A stretch of DNA of 56,604 nucleotides, taken from NCBI GenBank assembly GCA_947480055.1, contig CANKBX010000001.1, positions 1 through 56,604 on the forward strand, given 5' to 3'. This document shows positions 1 through 8,624 of this stretch, piece by piece (position 1 is the first letter of the stretch; every line of letters begins with the position of its first letter). A model generated the notes under the pieces. The model was given only the letters and a program-made list of their open reading frames with translations. It did not search any database and was not told where the DNA came from. The translations under genes were made by a program, and so were the position numbers. Source of the stretch: Planctomycetaceae bacterium. Lineage in GTDB: Bacteria > Planctomycetota > Phycisphaerae > Phycisphaerales > SM1A02.

Positions 1-28
1 AATAAAAAAGGTTGCCAATTCCCGCGTC

Positions 29-122
29 GCAGAAAGGGTGGCACCACAAGCGAGTTTAGCACCCGCGCAAGCCCCGCTTGCGTGGGGTGCGTTGTCTGAG
101 CGACTGGTGCCACCCTTTCTGC
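29..122. repeat. Perfect 17-bp inverted repeat (29-45 GCAGAAAGGGTGGCACC / 106-122 GGTGCCACCCTTTCTGC) enclosing a second imperfect hairpin
   Basis: 106-122 is the exact reverse complement of 29-45. The inner arms GCACCCGCGCAAGC and GCTTGCGTGGGGTGC flank a CCC loop. GTGCCACCC recurs at 166-174, and GGGTGCGTTGTC occurs at 85-96 and 145-156. Confidence 0.8.
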
Positions 123-316
123 AAAGCGTGCACTTTCTTACAAAGGGTGCGTTGTCACAGCTCCTGTGCCACCCAAATTTATGCAGCGCGTGTTGTTTAA
201 GCGCTGTGACTACGAACCCGCCCCGCACCCGCCTCTCTCGCAAAAGACCTTCAGAAAAACAGCGATAAAAGAAGAGCCTGCCAAAATCGATTCGTACCCT
301 GCAATTCAACATTCAA

Positions 317-1456
317 TTGGAGGCAGGTGTGGCAAAAAAAATACAAAAAAATCGCGCTCGAACTGGCATCATCAAATCAACTGTCATCAGGGGAAAACCA
401 AGTCGCGCTGGCTATCAAAATTTACTTGTGACCGTAAGCGACCTCCTAGAGAAATCACGCCGAGGCAGCGCTCGAGTGATCAACTCATTCATGACGGCAA
501 CCTACTGGGAAATCGGCCGGCGAATTGTTGAGTTTGAACAGCGTGGAAAGAAGCGTGCGGAGTATGGCCAGACTGTTCTTGAACGACTTTCAAAAGACTT
601 GACGCGTCGTCATGGCCGCGGATTTGCCCGATCAAATCTCATTCGATTTCGGCAGTTTTATGTTGCTTTTCCAAGAAACCCAATTCGTTCGACAGTGTCG
701 AACGAATTGGAGGCGACTCAACATCTCGCGCGCTCATTTCCAATGCCTTGGTCACATTATGTATTGCTGATCAGCCGCGCTCGCTCAACGGACGCACTGG
801 AGTTTTATCAACGCGAGGCATTGCGCGGAGGTTGGTCAGTGAGGCAACTCCAACGGCAAATTGAAACTCAATTTTATGAACGCACCGCGCTGTCACGCAA
901 CAAAAATAAAATGCTTGCCAAGGGCGCAAAGCCGAATGCAACGGACGCGGTCAATGCCCAAGATGAAATTCGACATCCTTTAGTTCTTGAGTTCCTTGGC
1001 CTGCGCGACGAATACTCCGAGACTGATCTTGAGCAAGGACTCATTGGCCATCTTGAATCATTTCTTCTTGAACTTGGAAACGACCTCGCATTTGTCGGTC
1101 GCCAACGTCGGTTGCGCATAGATGATGTTTGGTACCGCGTGGATTTGATTTTCTTCCATCGTCGACTGCGCTGCCTTGTGATCATTGACTTGAAACTTGG
1201 CAGGTTCACGCATTCAGACTCGGGGCAAATGCACATGTACCTGAATTACGCGCGCGAGCATTGGATGCAGCCCAACGAAAATCCTCCCATTGGCGTCATT
1301 CTGTGTTCAAGCAAAGGTGAATCATTGGTGCGATACGCCACGGACGCGCTGCCCAACAAATTGCTTGTTCACGAATATCTCACCGCGCTTCCAAATGAGA
1401 AAGTTCTGTCGATTGAACTTGCAAAGTCACGAAGACAATTGGAAAAAGTAAAATAA
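317..1456 (+). CDS. PD-(D/E)xK nuclease domain protein, DUF1016 / YhcG family
   Basis: 379-aa ORF with a TTG start; the true start is uncertain. The N-terminal region TATYWEIGRRIVEFEQRGKKRAEYGQTVLERLSKDL...GFARSNLIRFRQFY is typical of DUF1016. The C-terminal YRVDLIFFHRRLRCLVIIDLKLGRF resembles a D...(D/E)xK nuclease core. Confidence 0.8.
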   Translation: MEAGVAKKIQKNRARTGIIKSTVIRGKPSRAGYQNLLVTVSDLLEKSRRGSARVINSFMTATYWEIGRRIVEFEQRGKKRAEYGQTVLERLSKDLTRRHGRGFARSNLIRFRQFYVAFPRNPIRSTVSNELEATQHLARSFPMPWSHYVLLISRARSTDALEFYQREALRGGWSVRQLQRQIETQFYERTALSRNKNKMLAKGAKPNATDAVNAQDEIRHPLVLEFLGLRDEYSETDLEQGLIGHLESFLLELGNDLAFVGRQRRLRIDDVWYRVDLIFFHRRLRCLVIIDLKLGRFTHSDSGQMHMYLNYAREHWMQPNENPPIGVILCSSKGESLVRYATDALPNKLLVHEYLTALPNEKVLSIELAKSRRQLEKVK

Positions 1457-1503
1457 AAGTTGATTGCACGGTTAACGGGATCGCTTAAACTCGTCAACGC
1501 AAC

Positions 1504-3180
1504 ATGCCGCAACTTTTATTGGTTTCAAACACTGGCTCCGCGCGTGACACGCTTGCCGCCGCGCTTAAAAACAACGGCGCACATTGCTTGTTCGCGCCAA
1601 TAGATCAGGCTTTGCAAATGGCGTGCTCCACGCAGACAACGTGCATTGTGTTGTTGGATGACTCGAGCAACTTCGCCGCGGCATTGCTTCAAAAAATCCG
1701 CGCCACACAAGTTCTTGCTCACACATTGGTCGTGGCCATCGCGGCGGCCGACACACTTGCGGCGCTGGCGACCGCTGGCGCGGACGCCACTGTGGACGCG
1801 CGCGCGCCGGTTGAAACCATCTGCCAAGTGATAGACGGCGCGCTCTTGCGCCGCGAACAGTGGCTTGGTGCTTCGCAGCTTGGGCGCGGTAAAAATTCCA
1901 CCGAGCGGCAAGTGCAAAGCGCGCTTGATCAAGAACACATTGGAAGCCTGTTGCTGCTGCGATTTAATCATTTCACCAATGTGTCCACGGCGCTGAATAT
2001 GTTGGGCGTGGCCAGCGACGCGCTGCAAATGGAAGTTGAGCGATCGCTTCAAGCGCGCTTGACCCCGCTGTTGCCAAGCGGCGCGTGGATGACATTTATG
2101 GACGAGGAGAATTTTTTAATCGCCCTGCCCCGCAATTTGGTTGGCTTGGAAACACTCGCCGACAGCGTGGCGCTTGCGGCGCGCATGCCCGTATTTCTGG
2201 CGCAGCGGGAAATTCGCTTGCGCGCGCATGCGGGTTTCTGCGTGGTGACAGTCAGTGAAAAAATTGACGCGCGCACGTTGATCGGCCGCGCGGAAATGGC
2301 GGCGGACCAAGCGCGCGACGGCGCAAACTCTACGGCGGTGCAGTGGTCCGCGCAGATGAGCTCGCAAGTTCTCAATGATCTTCAGTTGGCCAGCGCCATG
2401 CGCCACGCCGTGGAACACTCGGAATTTCAATTGCTGTTCCAGCCGCAAATCAACATGAACCGAGGCGATGTGTACGGCGCCGAGGCGCTGATTCGCTGGA
2501 CATCGCCCACGGGTGTGTCCATTGCGCCGGGGCGATTTGTGGCTATTGCCCAGGAATGTGGCGTGATGGATCAGATCACTTTGTGGAGCATGCGCGAAGC
2601 ATGCCGCCAATGCGCGGCGTGGGAGGAAATTGGCCTGCATATTCGCGTGGCGGTGAATATCACGGCGAATCAATTGGCAAACCCGCGCTTTGTGGACACG
2701 GTGCGCGGCGCGCTGAATGAAAGCGGCGTGTCCGGCGCGCAGTTGGCGGTGGAAATTTCAGAGGCCGCGATTATTTCAAACCCGCAAGTGTTCAACGCGC
2801 CGCTGACCACGCTGCGCAACTTGGGCGTGACTGTGTGCATGGATGATTTTGGCGTGGGCGTGGCCACGTTGGCCAACATGAAAGCCTTGCCTGTGTCTGA
2901 ATTAAAAATCGACCGCAGTTTTATTCGGCCGCTGCCTGGAACGGCGCAAGACAGAATGATGGTTCAGGCAATGCTGGCGCTGAGCAAGCAACTGAACACG
3001 CGCGTGGTGGCGGTGGGCGTGGAAAATGTCACGCAGTGGGCGTGGCTCAAGGAGAATGTCTGCGACGGCGCGCAAGGCTGGTTGATTGGTAAAGCTGTTG
3101 CCGCCGAAGAATTTTCCGCGCTGGTTGGAGAGATTCGCCAGAACAAATTCGCCGCGGCAAGCTCGCGCGCTATTTTGTGA
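1504..3180 (+). CDS. c-di-GMP phosphodiesterase: degenerate receiver-like N-terminus, degenerate GGDEF-like middle domain and an intact EAL domain
   Basis: 558-aa ORF. EAL-domain motifs are GAEALIRW, DDFGVG, ELKIDRSF, VGVEN and QGWLIG. No GG(D/E)EF motif is seen. The N-terminus lacks the DD pair and the conserved Lys of true receiver domains. Confidence 0.8.
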   Translation: MPQLLLVSNTGSARDTLAAALKNNGAHCLFAPIDQALQMACSTQTTCIVLLDDSSNFAAALLQKIRATQVLAHTLVVAIAAADTLAALATAGADATVDARAPVETICQVIDGALLRREQWLGASQLGRGKNSTERQVQSALDQEHIGSLLLLRFNHFTNVSTALNMLGVASDALQMEVERSLQARLTPLLPSGAWMTFMDEENFLIALPRNLVGLETLADSVALAARMPVFLAQREIRLRAHAGFCVVTVSEKIDARTLIGRAEMAADQARDGANSTAVQWSAQMSSQVLNDLQLASAMRHAVEHSEFQLLFQPQINMNRGDVYGAEALIRWTSPTGVSIAPGRFVAIAQECGVMDQITLWSMREACRQCAAWEEIGLHIRVAVNITANQLANPRFVDTVRGALNESGVSGAQLAVEISEAAIISNPQVFNAPLTTLRNLGVTVCMDDFGVGVATLANMKALPVSELKIDRSFIRPLPGTAQDRMMVQAMLALSKQLNTRVVAVGVENVTQWAWLKENVCDGAQGWLIGKAVAAEEFSALVGEIRQNKFAAASSRAIL

Positions 3181-3201
3181 TCGCAACTTGAATTGCAGCG
3201 C

Positions 3202-3236
3202 AAAAAAAGAAACGCCCCATTTGAGCGGGCGTTTCT
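3202..3236 (-). terminator. Rho-independent terminator downstream of iscA, possibly also serving the convergent EAL gene
   Basis: 10-bp stem AGAAACGCCC (3208-3217) / GGGCGTTTCT (3227-3236) with a 9-nt loop. On the minus strand the stem is followed by a run of 7 T (plus-strand A run 3202-3208). Confidence 0.75.
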
Positions 3237-3262
3237 GCTGAATTTGAAATGTGCCGACTTGC

Positions 3263-3682
3263 TTACGCGCTGAAACTTGAGCCGCATCCGCACGTGGTGG
3301 TGGCGTTTGGATTGCTGAACACAAATCCGCGTCCCATGACTTCGTCCTTGAAATCAATCGTGGTGCCGTTGACATACAAGTAGGACTTTGGATCGCAGAT
3401 CACTTTCACGGCGAACGCTTCTGGCGCTGTCGCGGTGGCAACGGAGCCGCCTCCGCTTTCGTTCTGCGCCTTCGCGGAAACATCTGGTCGACGTGTGAAG
3501 GAAACTTCCCACAACTCGTCATTGTCCTTGCGGATCTCGGTGAGATCAAGCAGGTAGCTGAAACCGCTGCAGCCGCCACCCTTCACTCCAACGCGCAAAT
3601 GAATCTTGGCTGGATCAAGTCCCTGTTGACGAATGATGGAATCAATTTCGCGGGCCGCTGTTTCTGTGACGATGACTGACAT
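3263..3682 (-). CDS. iscA: Iron-sulfur cluster insertion protein, IscA/HesB/ErpA family, with an internal insertion of about 30 aa
   Basis: 139-aa ORF. It has GGGCSGFSY and the C-terminal CGCGSSF cluster-ligand motifs and lies downstream of iscS-iscU. Confidence 0.9.
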   Translation of the reverse strand: MSVIVTETAAREIDSIIRQQGLDPAKIHLRVGVKGGGCSGFSYLLDLTEIRKDNDELWEVSFTRRPDVSAKAQNESGGGSVATATAPEAFAVKVICDPKSYLYVNGTTIDFKDEVMGRGFVFSNPNATTTCGCGSSFSA

Positions 3683-3746
3683 GTGGGGTCTCCTAAAACT
3701 TTGAGTAAGGTTGAATTTTATTTATGCAAGAAATATGTGAGTTGAA

Positions 3747-4181
3747 TTAGTGCGCGTGCGCGGCGTGGGTATCAACCGCCGTAGCGTGTCCGTTCTTCTT
3801 CTTCCAATCTTCAATCGCGGCGCGGATGGAATCCTCCGCCAACACGCTGCAGTGAATTTTAACGGGCGGAAGGCTGAGTTCCTCCACGATTTCAGTGTTC
3901 TTAATGGCCAGCGCCTCATCCACGGTCTTGCCCTTGATCCACTCAGTGGCCAAGGAACTTGACGCGATGGCGGAGCCGCAACCAAAGCACTTGAACTTGG
4001 CGTCCTGAATCACGCCGGCGTCGCTGACTTGAATGTGCAACTGCATCACATCGCCGCATTCGGGGGCGCCAACAATGCCCACGCCAACATCTTTGCGGGC
4101 CTGAACTTCTTTGCTGCTGCCAAATGAACCAACATTGTGCGGGTTCTGATAGTGCTCGATGACTTTGTCGCTGTATGCCAT
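3747..4181 (-). CDS. iscU: Fe-S cluster assembly scaffold IscU/NifU-like
   Basis: 144 aa. N-terminus MAYSDKVIEHYQNPHNVGSF, with GAPECGD, FGCGSAIASSS and LPPVKIHCS motifs. It ends in a His-rich C-terminal tail. Confidence 0.95.
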   Translation of the reverse strand: MAYSDKVIEHYQNPHNVGSFGSSKEVQARKDVGVGIVGAPECGDVMQLHIQVSDAGVIQDAKFKCFGCGSAIASSSLATEWIKGKTVDEALAIKNTEIVEELSLPPVKIHCSVLAEDSIRAAIEDWKKKNGHATAVDTHAAHAH

Positions 4182-4249
4182 GGTGTGTTCTTTCTTAAAT
4201 TTCTATCCAACTTTTTACCAAACTTGTAAGTCAAAACTTTTTAAACAAC

Positions 4250-5488
4250 TCAGTGGGTTTGCCACTGAATTTTACTAATGTCCACGCCCTCTTTGAACAA
4301 ATCATAAAGAGGACTCATCTTTCGCAAATGCAACACCGCTTTGGTGATGGAAGCGATGGTGTACTCGATTTCCTTGTCGGTGGTCCAGCGGCTCATGCTT
4401 AAACGCAGACTGCTGTGCGCGAGTTCGTCGCCCACTCCCAAACTTTTCAGAACATAACTTGGCTCAAGGCTGGCGCTGGTGCAAGCGGAACCGGATGAAC
4501 ACGCGATGTCCTTGATGCCCATGAGCAAACTTTCGCCCTCGACAAAACCAAATGAAATGTTGGTGATGTTTGGAACGCGCTTGCTGGCGTTGCCGTTGAC
4601 TTGCGTCACTTCAATCGCCTTGGCGAGTTCTGTTTCCAAACGATTGCGGAACTTTAAAAGGCGCTCGCCTTCGGATTGCATTTCATGCTGGCACAATTCG
4701 CAGGCTTTGCCAAAGCCAGCAATTCCGCTGATATTCAGCGTACCGCTGCGCATTCCGCGCTCTTGTCCGCCTCCGTCGAAGATGGCTTCCAAGCGCACAC
4801 GCGGTTTGCGACGGCGCACATACAACGCGCCCACGCCCTTGGGTCCATACATCTTGTGACCGCTCCAGGAAAGCAAATCAATATTGTCGCGCTCCACATC
4901 GGTTGGCATTTTTCCAACCCACTGCGTGCCGTCGCTATGGAAAATAATTTCCTTGTCATGGCACAGTTTGCCAATGGCTGGAATTTCATTGATGGTTCCA
5001 ATTTCATTGTTGGCCCACATGATGGAAACCAAAATGGTATCGGGGCGAATTTCTTTGGCGACCATGTCAACGGTGATCACGCCGTCAGCGGGCGGCTGCA
5101 AATAAGTGACATCAAAGCCTTCCTTCTGAAGACGCTTGCATGGATCAAGCACGGCCTTGTGTTCGTGAAGCGCGGTGATAATGTGACCGCGTCCAGTTTG
5201 TCCTTCTGGATTTTTGGCGTACATGTGCGCGGCGCCCTTGATGGCCAAGTTGTTGCTTTCGGTCGCGCCGCTGGTGAAAATAATTTCCTTGGAGTTGGCG
5301 CCGATTAATGCGGCGGCTTGCTCGCGCGCTTTCTCAACGGCCTCCTCCGCCTCCCAACCAAATGCGTGATTGCGACTGCCGGAATTTCCGTAAGCCTCCG
5401 TAAGGTAAGGAAGCATGACTTCCACCACGCGAGGATCGCATCGAGTGGTGGCGGCGTTGTCTAAATACAATGGTCGTGGTTTATTCAT
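4250..5488 (-). CDS. iscS: Cysteine desulfurase (IscS/NifS class)
   Basis: 412 aa. Contains the PLP-lysine motif SGHKMYGPKG, the active-site loop SSGSACTS and the N-terminal LDNAATT. Confidence 0.95.
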   Translation of the reverse strand: MNKPRPLYLDNAATTRCDPRVVEVMLPYLTEAYGNSGSRNHAFGWEAEEAVEKAREQAAALIGANSKEIIFTSGATESNNLAIKGAAHMYAKNPEGQTGRGHIITALHEHKAVLDPCKRLQKEGFDVTYLQPPADGVITVDMVAKEIRPDTILVSIMWANNEIGTINEIPAIGKLCHDKEIIFHSDGTQWVGKMPTDVERDNIDLLSWSGHKMYGPKGVGALYVRRRKPRVRLEAIFDGGGQERGMRSGTLNISGIAGFGKACELCQHEMQSEGERLLKFRNRLETELAKAIEVTQVNGNASKRVPNITNISFGFVEGESLLMGIKDIACSSGSACTSASLEPSYVLKSLGVGDELAHSSLRLSMSRWTTDKEIEYTIASITKAVLHLRKMSPLYDLFKEGVDISKIQWQTH

Positions 5489-5684
5489 GTTGCTGTTTTT
5501 GTATCGAAGGTAATGAAATTCGGACTTTCTATCTTAAATTACGGTCCGTGAATTGGAATCAGTAGTGTAGGCAACATTGACAGCGCCGCAAAGGAAAATC
5601 TCAACTTTTTATGCGCGTGGCGAATGAGCTTTCAAGTTGAAATTTATGCGCAAGCGCGCCATAAAAGGCGAGTACCTTCGCCAT

Positions 5685-6566
5685 ATGCAGATTGTTGAAC
5701 ACGCGGAATCACTCACTCCACTGCATGGATGCGCTTTGGTTGCAACCATGGGCGCGCTGCATGCGGGACACGCTTCGTTGATCAAGCAGGCGGCGAGCGA
5801 TGGGCGCCCTGTGGTGGTGAGTTTATTTGTGAACCCCACGCAATTTTCCAAGGGCGAAGATTTTTCAAAGTACCCGCGCACGCTTGAAGCGGACCGCGAA
5901 CTCTGCCAGTCGGCGGGCGCGGCGGCGATTTTTATTCCAAGCGTGCAAGATATGTATCCGTATGGCGTGGATGCGGCCAACGCGGAGGCGATTCAATTGC
6001 AATTGCCGCTTGTGGCAACGCAACCTAAACTAGAGGACGCGCAGCGCCCCACACATTTTGCTGGCGTGTGCCAAGTGGTTGCGAAACTTTTTGACATGTG
6101 TCAACCCGCAGCCGCAAATTTTGGCGAGAAAGATTTCCAGCAACTGCGGGTGATACAAGAGATGGTGCGGCGCGAAGGAGCGCGCTGGAAGAAGCTTGTT
6201 GTGCACGCGTGCCCCACTATTCGCGAGAGCGATGGCCTGGCCATGAGCAGCCGCAACCGCTATTTGCAGGCGAATCAGCGCGAAAATGCGCGTGGACTTT
6301 CGCGGGCCTTGGCCGCCGCGCAAGAATGCGCGCGTGCGGACATGGACATTGCCGCGGCGGAAAGTGAAATGCTCCGCGTGTTGGCGCGGCACCAACTGCT
6401 GGTTGAATACGCGGTGATTCGAGCGCCGGACACGCTTCTGCCAATTGAGAACTTTGAACCAAAATTAAAGTCTGGGGCGCGCGCTCTGATTGCGGCGCGC
6501 CTTGACGGCGTGCGGTTGATTGACAACGCAAGTTGCGACGGCGCGATCAGCGATCGCGGCGGATGA
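5685..6566 (+). CDS. panC: Pantoate--beta-alanine ligase
   Basis: The ORF is open from 5637. I chose the ATG at 5685 (MQIVEH...) because panC N-termini lie about 25 aa before the TMGALHAGH motif. Also has FVNPTQF and SSRN. Confidence 0.9.
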   Translation: MQIVEHAESLTPLHGCALVATMGALHAGHASLIKQAASDGRPVVVSLFVNPTQFSKGEDFSKYPRTLEADRELCQSAGAAAIFIPSVQDMYPYGVDAANAEAIQLQLPLVATQPKLEDAQRPTHFAGVCQVVAKLFDMCQPAAANFGEKDFQQLRVIQEMVRREGARWKKLVVHACPTIRESDGLAMSSRNRYLQANQRENARGLSRALAAAQECARADMDIAAAESEMLRVLARHQLLVEYAVIRAPDTLLPIENFEPKLKSGARALIAARLDGVRLIDNASCDGAISDRGG

Positions 6567-7563
6567 CTTCCATCGCCAACTCTTGCAACAGTGTCTTCAC
6601 TTGGCTTGGGGGAAGCGGCTCGAGCGCGTCTTGCGCGGCGCGGATCATATTTTCCGCCACCGCTTGCGCGGCCGTGATTGAGCCAGCCTTGTTCATGCGT
6701 CGCACCAATTCAATTCCGTCGCGAGATTCAATCACATTGATCGCGTCAACACGCGAGGAACCAACGCAATCACGCAAATATAAAATCAGCGGAAGCGTTG
6801 CCTTGCCCTTGAGCAAATCGCAACCCAATGTTTTACCCACCACGCTTTGATCGCCGATGAAATCCAGAATGTCGTCTTGAATTTGAAACGCCACGCCAGT
6901 GTGCTGGCCATACATGCCAAGCGCTTTTTGAATTTCCTCGCTGGCACCAGACAATTGAGCGCCAAGTTGGCAACACGCGGACACCAACGCCGCAGTCTTG
7001 CGCTTCACAATTTCCAGATACGTGCTCTCGTCCAAACACACATCCTCGCGGCGGCTCAGTTGCAGCAACTCCCCTTCGCACAAGGTGTTTGTGGTGTGGC
7101 CAAACGCCACATTGAGCGATGTGTCGCCAATCAGCGAGCACAAATGAAACGCGTTGGAGATAAGCCAATCGCCAAGCATCACGGCGGTCTCATTGCCGCG
7201 CAATGAATTAATGGTGGCGCCACGGCGACGCGTGTCGGCTTCGTCAAGCACATCGTCGTGCACCAACGTTGCCATATGGATCATTTCAGAAACTGCCGCC
7301 GCCATTTTATGATTGCGAGTCAGCGCGGATTCGTCCTCGCGACCGGTTGCCGCCAAACCCGAAAGCAAGAGCAGCGTTGGACGCAACATTTTTCCTCGGT
7401 AGCGCTCCACATGTCGCGCCAATTCATTCACGGCAGGCAAATCGCTGCGCAATTGGCGGCGAAAAATTTCTTCCACTTCTTGAAGGGCTCCCGCCACAAT
7501 TCCAGCGGCAGGAGCGCGGCGCCAAGCGGGCGCGAGTATTGCGAACGGATGCATGGGGATCAC
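6547..7563 (-). CDS. Polyprenyl diphosphate synthase (trans-IPPS, long-chain type)
   Basis: 338 aa. Two Asp-rich motifs, LVHDDVLDEAD and FQIQDDILD. GTG start at 7563 or ATG at 7554. Confidence 0.9.
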   Translation of the reverse strand: MIPMHPFAILAPAWRRAPAAGIVAGALQEVEEIFRRQLRSDLPAVNELARHVERYRGKMLRPTLLLLSGLAATGREDESALTRNHKMAAAVSEMIHMATLVHDDVLDEADTRRRGATINSLRGNETAVMLGDWLISNAFHLCSLIGDTSLNVAFGHTTNTLCEGELLQLSRREDVCLDESTYLEIVKRKTAALVSACCQLGAQLSGASEEIQKALGMYGQHTGVAFQIQDDILDFIGDQSVVGKTLGCDLLKGKATLPLILYLRDCVGSSRVDAINVIESRDGIELVRRMNKAGSITAAQAVAENMIRAAQDALEPLPPSQVKTLLQELAMEVIRRDR

Positions 7564-7616
7564 TTTAGACTAAGTTTCCGTTCATTTCCTGTTGAAGTTT
7601 CTTTTTATTCTGAAGT

Positions 7617-8612
7617 TTATTTTTCAGCGGCGATGTAGGCAATCCAGCCGGCGCACGCCTCGCCTTGTGTGGCCTTGCGGAAAATTCCGTTGCCCCCGCC
7701 TGTGGCGTGGTCGGTGCCTTCCCAATACACGGTGCTTCGTGTAAAGCCCGCATCGACGAGCAATTCCTGCAACTCGGCGATGGTCCACAAGCGCCAATCG
7801 TAGGTAAATGCCTTGCGAATCTGCGTGCCGTCTGGAAATTTGAAATGAATGTGATTCAGCACCTCGCCCGAAATTGGGTTGTACTTGGCGGTGTCCCATA
7901 TATAGGTGAATCCGTCCAAATTGCGCTCCTCATTTTGCTCGGAGAAACTTTCGTAGCCACCGTAGCAGTCCAAGAAAAACACGCCGTCATTTTTCAGGCG
8001 CGTGCGCGCGAATTTAAAATAGCGCAGTAGTTCCGCGCGCTTTTTAAATATGTAATACGAAAAATTGAAGGCGGCCACCACGTCAACAAGTTCGCCCTTG
8101 TGCGAAAGCACATTTCCTTGCACGGTGTGCAAACGCTTAAGCGCGCCCGGCGAGAGCTGTTGCTTGCGACGCGCGGCGCCCCATGCAAGCACGGATGGAT
8201 CCAGGTCCACGCCATACGCGTGATTGGTTGGGCGGCGAATCACCCACGCGCTTGAAAGAATGTGCGTGCCACAAAAGTCCTCGCGAAATGTCGCGGGCAA
8301 ACGGTTGGTGATGGACTTGAATACTTTGTCAATGAACTCAACCTCCTCCTTGGGAGTTTGCACGGATAATTCATACAGTTCATGATGATCGCTGGTGGCC
8401 GCGGTGCGCCAACCATTTTTAGAAATCTTGCGAGAGGACTTCGCGGCTGGCTTCTTCTTTAATTTTGCCAGAGCATTGACAGAAGCTTTCGCCGAAGTTT
8501 TTGCGGCAAGATTGGCCGCAGCTTTTGCAGCGACTTTGCCTAGCGTCTTCGCACGCAACAATGTACTGGTGGAATTTTTAACGCGTGGGTGATTCATTTC
8601 TATAACGGACAT
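7617..8612 (-). CDS. Class I SAM-dependent methyltransferase with a Lys/Ala-rich N-terminal tail
   Basis: 331 aa. The core (FREDFCGTHILSS...DLDPSVL...FNFSYYIF) looks like a Rossmann methyltransferase. The first 65 aa or so are AK-rich (KVAAKAAANLAAKTSAKASVNALAKLKKKPAAKSSRK). Confidence 0.7.
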   Translation of the reverse strand: MSVIEMNHPRVKNSTSTLLRAKTLGKVAAKAAANLAAKTSAKASVNALAKLKKKPAAKSSRKISKNGWRTAATSDHHELYELSVQTPKEEVEFIDKVFKSITNRLPATFREDFCGTHILSSAWVIRRPTNHAYGVDLDPSVLAWGAARRKQQLSPGALKRLHTVQGNVLSHKGELVDVVAAFNFSYYIFKKRAELLRYFKFARTRLKNDGVFFLDCYGGYESFSEQNEERNLDGFTYIWDTAKYNPISGEVLNHIHFKFPDGTQIRKAFTYDWRLWTIAELQELLVDAGFTRSTVYWEGTDHATGGGNGIFRKATQGEACAGWIAYIAAEK

Positions 8613-8624
8613 GGGTGAAGCAAG

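Noticed and set aside
1-316. A retron-like msr/msd region, considered because inverted repeats flank a structured segment upstream of a gene.
   Set aside because: The downstream gene is a DUF1016 nuclease, not a reverse transcriptase, and no RT is present in the window. The inverted repeat encloses only about 60 nt.
6547-6566. A 20-nt convergent overlap of the panC and polyprenyl synthase 3' ends.
   Set aside because: Short convergent overlaps are common in compact genomes, and there is no additional structure to report.
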